32,000 bases of DNA, taken from contig NC_007494.2 of the NCBI RefSeq assembly GCF_000012905.2, forward strand, positions 420,001-452,000, read 5' to 3'. The notes beneath the pieces are model-generated. The model was not told the origin of the DNA, did no database searches, and worked only from the letters and a program-made list of their open reading frames with translations. The position numbers were made by a program, and so were the translations under genes. This stretch comes from Cereibacter sphaeroides 2.4.1 (GTDB lineage: Bacteria > Pseudomonadota > Alphaproteobacteria > Rhodobacterales > Rhodobacteraceae). Below are positions 7,347-16,484 of this stretch, in pieces. Numbering within the stretch: the stretch's first letter is position 1; the number at the start of each line of letters is the position of its first letter.

Positions 7347-7491
7347 TTCGTTTTGTCCACAGAAGAGTTTGCACAGGCCCCTTTACAGTCTTCCGCTTTG
7401 CGAACACCATATCTAGTGAGGACGGAGGCAGGCAGCGCCGTCCCTTGCCGCGCACCCAGCTTCTTGTGGGTGATCCCCTGCAGGCGGTTCA

Positions 7492-8013
7492 ATGATGAGG
7501 CCCGGGCACATGTCGCTCAGCGAGACCTATCTCTCTTCGGAGGAAATCCATCCGATCGACATCGTCGAGACGCTGGCCGAACATCACGCGTGGGAGTTCG
7601 ACCGCATCACCGAGGACCAGATCGCGATGGCGGTCGAGGGCCAGTGGCGCACCTACTCGCTGACCCTCGCCTGGTCACCCGCAGACGAGATGCTGCGGCT
7701 CCTCTGCACCTTCGAGATGGAGCCGCCCACCCACCGGATGCCTGAGCTGCACGACCTGCTCAACCGCTGCAACGATCTGGTCTGGACCGGGGCCTTCACC
7801 TACTGGGGCGAGCAGAAGCTGATGTCCTGGCGCTACGGCCTGCTGCTGTCGGGCGGACAGAGCGTCAACGCCGAGCAGATCGGCCAGCTCATCGCCGAGG
7901 CCGTCACCGCGAGCGAGCGCTTCTATCCCGCCTTCCAGATGGTGGCCTGGGCCGAGAGCCCGCCGGCCGAGGCGATCAAGGTCGCCATTGCGGAGGCCTA
8001 CGGCCGCGCCTAG
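7492..8013 (+). CDS. YbjN domain-containing protein
   Basis: The product (SLSETYLSSEEIHPIDIVETLAEHHAWEFDRITEDQIAMAVEGQWRTYSLTLAW...) matches the conserved alphaproteobacterial YbjN-like protein usually found upstream of proC. The true start may be ATG 7510. Confidence 0.8.
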   Translation: MMRPGHMSLSETYLSSEEIHPIDIVETLAEHHAWEFDRITEDQIAMAVEGQWRTYSLTLAWSPADEMLRLLCTFEMEPPTHRMPELHDLLNRCNDLVWTGAFTYWGEQKLMSWRYGLLLSGGQSVNAEQIGQLIAEAVTASERFYPAFQMVAWAESPPAEAIKVAIAEAYGRA

Positions 8014-8040
8014 TCTTTCCCCGCACAAACGGGGGAAACA

Positions 8041-8862
8041 ATGGATCTTGCGGATCTTGGCCGCCGGGGGCTGGTGCTGCTCGGCTGCGGGAAGATGGGC
8101 TCGGCGATGCTCGAGGGCTGGCTCGGACGGGGCCTTGCGCTCTCCGCCGTCTGGGTGACGGACCCCAGGCCGTCGGACTGGCTGAAATCGCTCGCGGCGC
8201 GCGGGCTGCATCTGAACGAGGCGCTGCCCGACGAGCCCGCGGTGGTGCTGGTCGCGGTCAAGCCGCAGATGATGTCCGAGGCCCTGCCGGGGCTCGCGGC
8301 GCTCGGCGAAGGGCGGGTGCTTTTCCTGACGGTCGCGGCGGGCACGCCCATCTCCTATTACGAACGCACGCTGGGCGCGGCCACGCCGGTGATCCGCGCC
8401 ATGCCGAACACACCCGCGGCGGTCGGCCGCGGCATCACGGCGCTGGTGGGCAATGCTGCCGCCTCGGAGGCGCAGATGGCGCTGGCCGAGGATCTCCTCT
8501 CGGCGGTGGGCCAGGTGGTCCGGCTCGAGGGCGAGCATCAGATGGATGCGGTGACCGCGGTCTCGGGCTCGGGGCCGGCCTATGTCTTCCACCTGATCGA
8601 GGCGCTCGCCGCAGCGGGCGAGGCCGAGGGGCTGCCGGCCGATCTCGCCATGACCCTCGCCCGCGCCACCGTCACCGGCGCGGGCGAGCTTGCCCATCGC
8701 GCGCCGGAAAGCGCGAGCCAGCTGCGCGTGAACGTGACCTCGCCGGGGGGCACGACGGCGGCGGCGCTCGGCGTGCTGATGGATCCCGAGAGCGGCCTGC
8801 CGCCGCTCCTCCGCCGCGCGGTGAAGGCTGCGGCCGACCGCGGACGGGAGCTCGGCCGATGA
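8041..8862 (+). CDS. proC: Pyrroline-5-carboxylate reductase
   Basis: It has the N-terminal Rossmann motif LLGCGKMGSAM, then AVKPQ, RAMPNTPA, AVSGSGPAYVF and SPGGTT. The length is 273 aa. Confidence 0.9.
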   Translation: MDLADLGRRGLVLLGCGKMGSAMLEGWLGRGLALSAVWVTDPRPSDWLKSLAARGLHLNEALPDEPAVVLVAVKPQMMSEALPGLAALGEGRVLFLTVAAGTPISYYERTLGAATPVIRAMPNTPAAVGRGITALVGNAAASEAQMALAEDLLSAVGQVVRLEGEHQMDAVTAVSGSGPAYVFHLIEALAAAGEAEGLPADLAMTLARATVTGAGELAHRAPESASQLRVNVTSPGGTTAAALGVLMDPESGLPPLLRRAVKAAADRGRELGR

Positions 8863-9191
8863 TCGCCTACGAGGATTTCGCCAAGGTCGACATCCGCGTG
8901 GGCCGCATCACCCGCGCCGAACCCTTCCCCGAGGCACGCAAGCCCGCCCTGAAGCTCTGGGTCGATTTCGGGGACGGGATCGGCGAGAAACGCTCCTCGG
9001 CCCAGATCACCCGGCATTACGAACCCGAAAGCCTCGTCGGCCGGCAGGTGCTGGCGGTGGTCAACTTCCCGCCACGCCAGATCGGCCCGGTCCTGTCGGA
9101 GGTGCTGGTGCTGGGCGTGCCGGATGCCGAGGGCGAGGTGGTGCTGATCGGACCCGGCCAGGACGTGCCACTCGGAGGGAAGCTCTTTTGA
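8859..9191 (+). CDS. tRNA-binding protein (CsaA/YgjH-like EMAP domain)
   Basis: The product reads FAKVDIRVGRITRAEPFPEARKPALKLWVDFG...VVNFPPRQIGP.SEVLVLG. It has an ATGA overlap with proC. Confidence 0.85.
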   Translation: MIAYEDFAKVDIRVGRITRAEPFPEARKPALKLWVDFGDGIGEKRSSAQITRHYEPESLVGRQVLAVVNFPPRQIGPVLSEVLVLGVPDAEGEVVLIGPGQDVPLGGKLF

Positions 9192-10135
9192 GACTGCTCA
9201 TCACCCGCCCCCTGCCCGACCGGATTCTCGAGGCCGCCCGCGCCCGGTTCGAGGTCACGGTTCGCAACAGCACCAAGCCGCTCTCGCCCGAGGAGCTGCG
9301 CCGCGCGCTGGCCGAGCACGATGCCGTGCTGCCGACGCTGGGCGATCTCTTCCGCGCCGAGGTCTTCGCCGACGTGCCGCAGCCGCGCGCCCGGATCCTC
9401 GCCAACTTCGGCGTGGGGACGAACCATATCGACGTGGCCGCCGCGACCGCCGCCGGGATCGCCGTCACCAACACGCCGGGCGCCGTCACCGACGCCACCG
9501 CCGACATCGCGCTCACGCTAATGCTGATGACGGCGCGCCGGGCCGGCGAAGGCGAGCGGCTGGTGCGCCGCGGCGCGTGGGAGGGCTGGCATCCGACGCA
9601 GATGCTCGGTCTCCACATGACGGGAAAACGGCTCGGCATCCTCGGCATGGGCCGGATCGGCAAGGCCATCGCGCGCCGCGCCCACCACGGCTTCGGGATG
9701 GAGATCACCTTCTTCAACCGCTCGCCCGTCGCCGATCCGGGCGTCCCCGCCCGACAGGTGGGATTGGCCGAGGCGCTGGACGCCGATATCGTCGTGGTGG
9801 CCGTGCCCGCGACGCCCGCGACCCACCATCTCGTCGATGCGGCGGCGCTCAGCCAGATGCGGCCCGGCGCGATCCTCGTCAACATCGCCCGCGGCGACAT
9901 CGTCGACGAAACGGCGCTGATCGCGGCACTCGCCGAAGGCCGGCTCGCCGGCGCGGGGCTCGACGTCTACGAGTTCGAGCCCGAGGTGCCCGCCGCGCTC
10001 CGCGCGATGGAGAATGTGACCCTCCTGCCTCATCTGGGGACCGCGGCCCTCGAGGTGCGCGAGGGCATGGGGCTCATGGCGGTCGAGAACCTCCTGGCCT
10101 TCGCCGACGGCCGGCCGCTGCCGAACGCGGTCTGA
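9188..10135 (+). CDS. D-isomer-specific 2-hydroxyacid dehydrogenase (glyoxylate/hydroxypyruvate reductase-like)
   Basis: It has the NAD-binding motif GILGMGRIGKAIARRA and the motifs NIARGDIVDE and LLPHLGTA. The TTG start overlaps the upstream stop. Confidence 0.85.
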   Translation: MRLLITRPLPDRILEAARARFEVTVRNSTKPLSPEELRRALAEHDAVLPTLGDLFRAEVFADVPQPRARILANFGVGTNHIDVAAATAAGIAVTNTPGAVTDATADIALTLMLMTARRAGEGERLVRRGAWEGWHPTQMLGLHMTGKRLGILGMGRIGKAIARRAHHGFGMEITFFNRSPVADPGVPARQVGLAEALDADIVVVAVPATPATHHLVDAAALSQMRPGAILVNIARGDIVDETALIAALAEGRLAGAGLDVYEFEPEVPAALRAMENVTLLPHLGTAALEVREGMGLMAVENLLAFADGRPLPNAV

Positions 10136-10343
10136 CGATGCGCCGGTGCCGCCGCTCAGGTCCTGTCGGCCGCACCGGGCGCCCCAGCCGCCGCCGGGGG
10201 TTCGATGCCCCCGGCGGCGGCTCCCTCCGTCCGGGCCCCGCCGTCTCCGAGCCTGCCGCACCGAAGGCCGCTCCCCGCCTCTGCAGCAGGCCCGACGCCC
10301 GGGCCGGCAGCTCGGGCCATCGCCGCGCAGCCGGAGGTGCCGC

Positions 10344-11009
10344 ATGATCCTCTCCCGTGCCCGCCGCTTCATCTTCGTCCATATCCCGAAGGCCGGCGGC
10401 AGCGCCCTGGCGCTCGCGCTCGAGGCCCGTGCGCGCAAGGACGACATCCTGATCGGCGACACGCCCAAGGCCCGCAGCCACCGCGCCGGACTGCGCGGGG
10501 TGAAGGCGCGCGGACGGCTCTGGACCCACTCCACTCTCGCCGATATCGCGGGCCTGCTCACCGACGCCGAGATCGAGAGCTTCTTCACCCTGACCCTCGT
10601 GCGCAACCCGTGGGACCGCGCGCTGCGCTACTATCTCTGGCTCCGCGGCCAGAGCTTCGCCCATCCTGCGGTGGGCCTTGCCAAATCGCTCGATTTCTCG
10701 GGCTTTCTCAACCATCCGCAGACCCAGACCTCCTTCCGGCTCTGGCCCGCCTCCGCCTACATGCGCGACCGGCATGGGGTGGAGCGCGCGAGCCTCTATC
10801 TGCGGGCGGAGCATCTCGAGGAGGATCTGCCGCCCTTCGAGGCGCATCTGGGCTTCCGCCTCGCGCCCCTGCGCCGCACGGGCGACTCCGGCCCGCCGCA
10901 GGACTGGCGCAGCAGCTACAGCGACGCCGATGCGGCCCTCCTCGCGCGTCTCTGCGCCGAGGATATCGGCCGTTTCCACTATCGCTTCGACGATGCGGCC
11001 GGGCGGTGA
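10344..11009 (+). CDS. Sulfotransferase family 2 protein
   Basis: The N-terminal [14 protein letters not shown] (PAPS-binding loop type) and RNPWDR motifs are present. ATG 10344 is preceded by GGAGG. The upstream part of the track ORF (from 10146) is Pro/Arg-rich junk. Confidence 0.7.
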   Translation: MILSRARRFIFVHIPKAGGSALALALEARARKDDILIGDTPKARSHRAGLRGVKARGRLWTHSTLADIAGLLTDAEIESFFTLTLVRNPWDRALRYYLWLRGQSFAHPAVGLAKSLDFSGFLNHPQTQTSFRLWPASAYMRDRHGVERASLYLRAEHLEEDLPPFEAHLGFRLAPLRRTGDSGPPQDWRSSYSDADAALLARLCAEDIGRFHYRFDDAAGR

Positions 11010-11067
11010 AATTTCCGCAGAACCGCCCTTGACTTCCCCCTCCGCTTGGGCGAGATAGCGCCTCGTT

Positions 11068-11143
<76 letters not shown>

Positions 11144-11309
11144 AAATCCACCTGATCCCGCCCTTCGCAGGCCCCTGCTTTCGGCGGGCACGTTGCGCGA
11201 ACCGTGCAGGTCTGATCGGCATTCCCCCTTCCCTGTCAGAGACGTCGGGATCGCGATGGACGTTCACGGCCCCTCGGCCAAGGGGACCGAACGGACCTGC
11301 TTCGATCCC

Positions 11310-12629
11310 TCAGGCCTGCACAACAGAGGGATCCATCCGGCTGCAATTGCGCCCCGCGTCCTTCGCCGCATAGAGTGCGCGGTCGGCGGCCGCGAACAGC
11401 TCCGCGCCGGCCTGACCGCGGGCGCCGAGCGCGATGCCCACGCTGATCGTGACGGCGATCCGCGTGCCGTCCTCCAGCCCGACCGGCTCCTCCGCCACCG
11501 CGCGGCGCAGATCCTCGGCCTCGGACAGGGCCTCGGCCGCCCCGGCCCGGTCGAGGAGCAGGGCGAATTCCTCGCCGCCGTACCGGAAGAGGGGCAAACC
11601 CTGGCGCGCGGACGCGGCCAGCCGCAGGGCCACCGCCCGCAGCACGGCATCGCCCACCGCATGGCCGTGGGTGTCGTTGATCCGCTTGAACCGGTCGATG
11701 TCGATCAGCAGCAGCGCATAGGGCTCGCCCGTCCAGGGCGCCGCGCGCTGCTCCAGCGCGTGGTCGAACTCGCGGCGATTGAGAAGCGAGGTCAGCGCGT
11801 CCCTCCGCCCGAACTCGCGCAGCCGCGCCTCCTGCTCGACGATGGTGCGGGTCATGTCGTTGAAGGCATTGGCCACGGCAGCGAGCTCCGGGGGCACCGT
11901 CACCGCCACCGGCTCTTCGCGCTGCCCCGAGGCCACGCGCCGCGCGCCCTCGACCAGCCGGTCGGTCCCGAGGACGATCGCCCGGTTCACCACCCAGGCG
12001 CCGAGCCCCATCATCAGGACGGACAGGATGAGGGCCGCAGCCGCCCCGATCTCCAGCCGCCGGAGCGCCACCAGCGCCGCCGCGTGATGCGCCTCGCTCT
12101 CGCTCCGCAGCCGCTCGACGATCTGCTCGAGCCTCTGCGCCGCCACCGGCAGCTCGCGTTCGAGTGCCGCGACCCGGTCGATGTCGGGCACCGCCCCGGC
12201 CAGCCCCTCCCGCGGACGGGCGAGCACGGTCTCAGCATCGCGCGCGAGCGCACTCCATTCCGCCCGCGCTACCCCGATGAGCGCGACCAGCGCCGGATCG
12301 GCCGCCACGGCCTCCGAGAGCCTTTCGAACTGCGCCTCGACCTCGGCTGCCACGGCGGCATAGCGGACGGCGCGCTCGGTATCGCCGCTGAGCAGATAGC
12401 CGTTCACCGCTTCGGCCACCTGCCAGTAATCGTCGTGGATGCGTTCGAGGCTGACGAGCGTCGCATGCTGAACCGTCAGCACGTCGCGGAACGGGCTGAC
12501 GATGGTGCGGTGATAGACGGCGTAGCCCACCACGGCGCTGGTCAGAAGCGGCAGGACGGCGAGGACCAGCGCCAGCGCCATCCAGCCGCGGAGCGATTGC
12601 CGATAGAGAATGCGCCGTGCCCAGTCCAT
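11310..12629 (-). CDS. Membrane sensor diguanylate cyclase (TM - periplasmic/helical sensor - HAMP - GGDEF)
   Basis: The C-terminus has DIDRFKRINDTHGH, RYGGEEFALLL and the ALYAAKDAGRN GGDEF-domain motifs. There is an N-terminal TM helix and a second TM followed by a HAMP-like segment. Confidence 0.88.
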   Translation of the reverse strand: MDWARRILYRQSLRGWMALALVLAVLPLLTSAVVGYAVYHRTIVSPFRDVLTVQHATLVSLERIHDDYWQVAEAVNGYLLSGDTERAVRYAAVAAEVEAQFERLSEAVAADPALVALIGVARAEWSALARDAETVLARPREGLAGAVPDIDRVAALERELPVAAQRLEQIVERLRSESEAHHAAALVALRRLEIGAAAALILSVLMMGLGAWVVNRAIVLGTDRLVEGARRVASGQREEPVAVTVPPELAAVANAFNDMTRTIVEQEARLREFGRRDALTSLLNRREFDHALEQRAAPWTGEPYALLLIDIDRFKRINDTHGHAVGDAVLRAVALRLAASARQGLPLFRYGGEEFALLLDRAGAAEALSEAEDLRRAVAEEPVGLEDGTRIAVTISVGIALGARGQAGAELFAAADRALYAAKDAGRNCSRMDPSVVQA

Positions 12630-12760
12630 CCGCGATCCTTCGGAAACCTGCGGATGTCCTTACCACCTGCCGGCACCGCGGACCAGCCAGCCCCCCGCCG
12701 CGAGGCCCGACATAGCGCTGCGGTCACGACAGCCCGCGGCCGCCACGCGCCAGCCCTGCG

Positions 12761-12916
12761 TCAGGCGGGTGGGCCGCGCCAGAGATCCCACGCCGCGAGC
12801 AGCAGCGTCGCCAGCACGACGAGGCCCAGATCGAGGCGCGGAACCTTCATCGCAAGGATGCCGAGGAAGGCCGCGAGCACGATCAGCGCGAAAAGGGGCA
12901 GCAGGCGACGGGTCAT
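12761..12916 (-). CDS. Small hydrophobic protein, 51 aa (not in the ORF track because it is under 60 aa)
   Basis: Manual translation gives MTRRLLPLFALIVLAAFLGILAMKVPRLDLGLVVLATLLLAAWDLWRGPPA*. It has two predicted TM helices and very high GC3. Its ATG overlaps the amidase stop (ATGA), suggesting translational coupling. Confidence 0.5.
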   Translation of the reverse strand: MTRRLLPLFALIVLAAFLGILAMKVPRLDLGLVVLATLLLAAWDLWRGPPA

Positions 12917-14271
12917 GGGGCTGTCTCCGGTGCGGTTTGAGCGAGGCGCTGGACCAGCCAGCGGGCGGTGCGCAGAAGGCGGGCGTCGCCGCCCGGCGGG
13001 CCCACGAGCTGCGCCCCCATCGGCAGGCCGTCGGACGAGACGAAGAGCGGCAGAGTGACGGCGGGCAGGCCGCAGAAGGTCCAGAGCCCGTTGAAGATCG
13101 CGTCTCCGGTCGTGGCGCGGTCGGGCGCGGGGCCCGGCGCGGCAGGGCAGAGGATCGCGTCGCAGCGATGAAAGATCGGCTCCAGCCCTGCGCGCAGCGC
13201 CGTCCGCGCCTCGAGCGCCGCGAGATAATCCGCGGCCGGGATCCTCCGCCCCTCGGCCAGCGCCTCGCTCAGGAGGGGCGACAGGGCCGCCCGGCCTGCA
13301 AGACCCGCATAGTGATGCGCCATCTCGGCCAGGTTGATCCGGCGGCGCAGGTCGGCCGCTGCGCCGAAGACCGCGGGCAGCTCGAGCGCGAGGCAGTCCC
13401 GCCCCAGCAGCTCCGCCAGTTCCTGCAGGGCGAGCCGCATCTCCTCATGCGCCGCCTCCCAGCCGGGCGGCCGCACGAAGGCCAGCGTCGGCGTCACCGG
13501 CGGATCGCTGGCCGCGGTCTCGGGCAGGCGCGGCGCGGGCTGCAGCAGGCTCGCCGGATCGGCCGGATCGTGGCCGGCGAGCGCCTCGGCCAGGAGCGCC
13601 ACGTCGGCCACGCTGCGGCCGAAGACGCCCATCGTGTCGAGGCTCGGCGACTGGGTCAGGACGCCCGAGCGGGGGATGAGGCCGAAGCTCGGCTTGAAGC
13701 CCGCGATGCCGCAGAAGGCCGCGGGGCGGATCACCGATCCGCCGGTCTGGGTGCCGATAGCCAGCGGCACCATGCCCGCCGCCACCGCCGCCGCAGAGCC
13801 CGAGGAGGAGCCGCCCGGCGTGCGGGCGGGGTCGTGCGGGTTGCGCGTGGCGGGCGGCTCGAGGAAGGCCGCCTCGGCCGTCGCGGTCTTGCCCATCAGG
13901 ATCGCCCCCGCCGCCCGCAGCCGGGCTGCGACGAAGGCATCGGCCTGCGCCACCCGCCCCGCTCCGCCGGCAAGGCCGAGGCCGGTCGGCATGCCGCGCA
14001 CGTCGATCACGTCCTTCACCCCCACCGGCAGTCCGTGCAGTGGGCCGAGCGCCGCCCCGCTCTGCCGGCGCGCATCGAGCGCGCGCGCCTGCGCCATCGC
14101 ATGATCCCCGTCGAGGAAGGCCCAGGCCTGCACCTCCGGCTCGCGCGCGGCGATCTGCGCGAGGCAGGCCTCGACCAGTTCCACCGCGCGCACCGCGCCC
14201 GAGGCGAGCCGCTCCGCAAGCTCGGCCCCGGTCAGCGCGAGCAGCCCTCCGTTGCGATCAGCGCGCCCCAT
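12913..14271 (-). CDS. Amidase (amidase-signature family, GatA-like)
   Basis: The amidase signature GGSSSGSAAAVAAG is present, along with the upstream GLPVGVKD motif carrying the catalytic Lys. The length is 452 aa. The start overlaps the dctM 3' end by 14 nt. Confidence 0.88.
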   Translation of the reverse strand: MGRADRNGGLLALTGAELAERLASGAVRAVELVEACLAQIAAREPEVQAWAFLDGDHAMAQARALDARRQSGAALGPLHGLPVGVKDVIDVRGMPTGLGLAGGAGRVAQADAFVAARLRAAGAILMGKTATAEAAFLEPPATRNPHDPARTPGGSSSGSAAAVAAGMVPLAIGTQTGGSVIRPAAFCGIAGFKPSFGLIPRSGVLTQSPSLDTMGVFGRSVADVALLAEALAGHDPADPASLLQPAPRLPETAASDPPVTPTLAFVRPPGWEAAHEEMRLALQELAELLGRDCLALELPAVFGAAADLRRRINLAEMAHHYAGLAGRAALSPLLSEALAEGRRIPAADYLAALEARTALRAGLEPIFHRCDAILCPAAPGPAPDRATTGDAIFNGLWTFCGLPAVTLPLFVSSDGLPMGAQLVGPPGGDARLLRTARWLVQRLAQTAPETAP

Positions 14272-15679
14272 AGACGAACTCCGGAAGTGCGAAGACGATC
14301 TGCGGGAAGAGATACATCAGCGCCATGCAGACGAAGACCATCCCCACATAGGGCAAGGAGCCCGCGAAGATCTGCGTGAGCCGCACCTGCGCCGGCGCGA
14401 TCCCCTTCAGGTAATAGGCCGACATGGCCATGGGCGGTGTCAGGAACGAGGTCTGCAGGTTCAGCGCGACGAGCACCCCGAAGAACAGCGGGTCGATGTC
14501 GAAGATCCGCAAGAGCGGCAGGAAGATCGGCACGAAGATGATGATGATCTCGGACCATTCGAGCGGCCAGCCGAGCAGGAAGATGATGATCTGCGCAAGG
14601 ATGAGGAACTGGAACGGCGTGAGATCGAGGCTCCCCACGAAGTCGGCGATCACCTGCTCGCCGCCGAGGTAGGAGAAGACCGCCGAGAAGGTGTATGAGC
14701 CGACGAAGAGCCAGCAGACCATCGCCGTCGTGCGCACGGTGAGATAGACGCTCTCGCGCAGCCTCTCGAAGGTCATCGCGCGGTAGAGAACGGCCAGCAC
14801 CATGCCCCCGAGCGCCCCGATCGAGGCCGCCTCGGTGGGCGTGGCCAGCCCGAAGAGGATCGAGCCCAGCACCGCGAGGATCAGCACCGCCAGCGGGAAG
14901 AACGAGGTGAGCAGCATCAGGAAGAGCTTGCCCCCCGGCACGTCCGGCACCTCGCCCGGCGCCGGGCGTGGCGCCACATGCGGCTGCAGGATCGCCCGGC
15001 CGATGATGTAGACGAGATAGAGGCCCACGAGCGTGAGCCCCGGCAGGAGCGCCGCCGCATAGAGCCGCACGATCGAGACGCCCGAGGAGGCCGCATAGAC
15101 GATCAGCATGATCGAGGGCGGGATCAGGATGCCGAGCGTGCCGCCCGCGCAGATGATCCCCGAGGCGAAGGCATGGTCGTAGCGGGATTTCAGCATCGCG
15201 GGCAGCGCGAGAAGCCCCATCAGCGTGACCACCGCCCCCACGATGCCGGTGGCCGTGGCGAACAGCGCGCAGGTCACGAGCGCCGCCACCCCCATCGAGC
15301 CGGGGATGTTCTTCGAGGCGATGTTGAGCGTGGTAAAGAGCCGGTCCACGATGTTCGCCCGCTCGACGATGTAGCCCATGAAGAGAAAGAGCGGGATCGC
15401 GGTCAGCACCTCGTTCGACATCACCGTGTATGTCTGGTTGATGAAGAGGTCGAAGATCCGGTTGTTGAAGAACCCCTCGACCCAGGTCGAGGCCGAGGTC
15501 CAGCCGTCGGCCTCCTCCCCCAGCCGGTTGAAGGCCCGCCACATCCGGCTCGCATCGAAATAGGCGTAATAGCCGAAGCCGATGCCGAGGGCCATGAGGG
15601 TGAAGGCGATGGGGAAGCCGAGGAAGACGAGCGAGATGAAGATGCCCAGCATCAGCAGGGCCACTTGAGGGTCGGTCAC
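14258..15679 (-). CDS. TRAP transporter large permease subunit (DctM family)
   Basis: A 473-aa polytopic membrane protein with N-terminus MTDPQVALLMLGIFISLVFLGFPIAFTLMALG, typical of COG4664-type DctM. Confidence 0.9.
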   Translation of the reverse strand: MTDPQVALLMLGIFISLVFLGFPIAFTLMALGIGFGYYAYFDASRMWRAFNRLGEEADGWTSASTWVEGFFNNRIFDLFINQTYTVMSNEVLTAIPLFLFMGYIVERANIVDRLFTTLNIASKNIPGSMGVAALVTCALFATATGIVGAVVTLMGLLALPAMLKSRYDHAFASGIICAGGTLGILIPPSIMLIVYAASSGVSIVRLYAAALLPGLTLVGLYLVYIIGRAILQPHVAPRPAPGEVPDVPGGKLFLMLLTSFFPLAVLILAVLGSILFGLATPTEAASIGALGGMVLAVLYRAMTFERLRESVYLTVRTTAMVCWLFVGSYTFSAVFSYLGGEQVIADFVGSLDLTPFQFLILAQIIIFLLGWPLEWSEIIIIFVPIFLPLLRIFDIDPLFFGVLVALNLQTSFLTPPMAMSAYYLKGIAPAQVRLTQIFAGSLPYVGMVFVCMALMYLFPQIVFALPEFVYGAR

Positions 15680-15860
15680 TCGGCCGTCTCCTTGCTGCGA
15701 GGATGAAAGTCGAAGGGGGCGGGCCCGCCCGGCAACGGGAAGCGGGTCCGGGCCGCGGCAGAGGCGTCATCGCACGGCAACCGGGAGCGGGTCCGCGCCG
15801 GAACGGATGCGGAGCCGCGCGGCGCCCGTAATCGCCGGGCCGGGGCGGCAGCGGCGCGGC

Positions 15861-16433
15861 TCATGTCGCCTCCCCGCCATGGTCGCGCACGAGCGCGGCC
15901 TCGGTCTCCTCGACATCCTGCTCGGCCGAGAGCCAGTAGCCCTCGCGCAGGCAGAGGAGGCAGCGGCAGACCTGCGCCAGCCCCTGAATGAAGAGGAGGA
16001 GCCCCGCGGCCACCATCACCGACTTGAACTGATAGATCGGGATGCCCGCAGGGCTGTTCACGCTGACTTCGGCATACCCCCAGGACCGCGCGGAATATTT
16101 CCAGCCCGAAAGGATCAGCGCCGTGATGCCGGGAAAGAAGAAGATCAGGTAGAGCACCAGATCCACCGCCGCCTGCGTGCGGGGCTTCCACATCCGGTAG
16201 AGGAAATCGCCGCGCACATGGCCGTTGCGCGACAGCGTATAGGCGCCGCCCATCATGAAGAGCGTGCCATACATGATGAAGGACACGTCGAGCGACCAGG
16301 GCGTCGGCGCATTGAAGGCGTAGCGCACGAGAACTTCGTAGCTGACCCCGAGGGTCATGAGGACCACCAGCCAGCCGAAGGCATGGCCGAAGGCCGCCGA
16401 CAGGCGGTCGGCGAAACGGATGAAGGCGCGCAT
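15861..16433 (-). CDS. TRAP transporter small permease subunit (DctQ family)
   Basis: A 190-aa protein with 4 TM helices, positioned between dctP and dctM. Confidence 0.8.
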   Translation of the reverse strand: MRAFIRFADRLSAAFGHAFGWLVVLMTLGVSYEVLVRYAFNAPTPWSLDVSFIMYGTLFMMGGAYTLSRNGHVRGDFLYRMWKPRTQAAVDLVLYLIFFFPGITALILSGWKYSARSWGYAEVSVNSPAGIPIYQFKSVMVAAGLLLFIQGLAQVCRCLLCLREGYWLSAEQDVEETEAALVRDHGGEAT

Positions 16434-16484
16434 GGGATCTCCCGATGGAAAAGGCCCCGGGAGAGGTCCCGGGGCCGGATCGCG

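Noticed and set aside
7058-7495. Several 70-205-aa ORFs on both strands in the 7.1-7.5 kb gap (for example 7058..7495 +, 7256..7492 -, 7240..7455 -)
   Set aside because: The products are Cys/Arg/Ser-rich with no recognisable fold or RBS, and the frames overlap one another. The region is better explained as non-coding regulatory or junction DNA. A gene relic cannot be fully excluded.
7675-10979. Minus-strand ORFs 7675..8697, 9061..9900, 9518..10606 and 10074..10979
   Set aside because: They are antisense to ybjN/proC, the 2-hydroxyacid dehydrogenase and the sulfotransferase. All are R/G/A/P-rich without domains.
11193-14379. Two long plus-strand ORFs (11193..13058 and 12610..14379)
   Set aside because: They are antisense to the GGDEF cyclase and the amidase, both of which carry unmistakable catalytic motifs on the minus strand. 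The products are Arg/Pro/Gly-rich nonsense.
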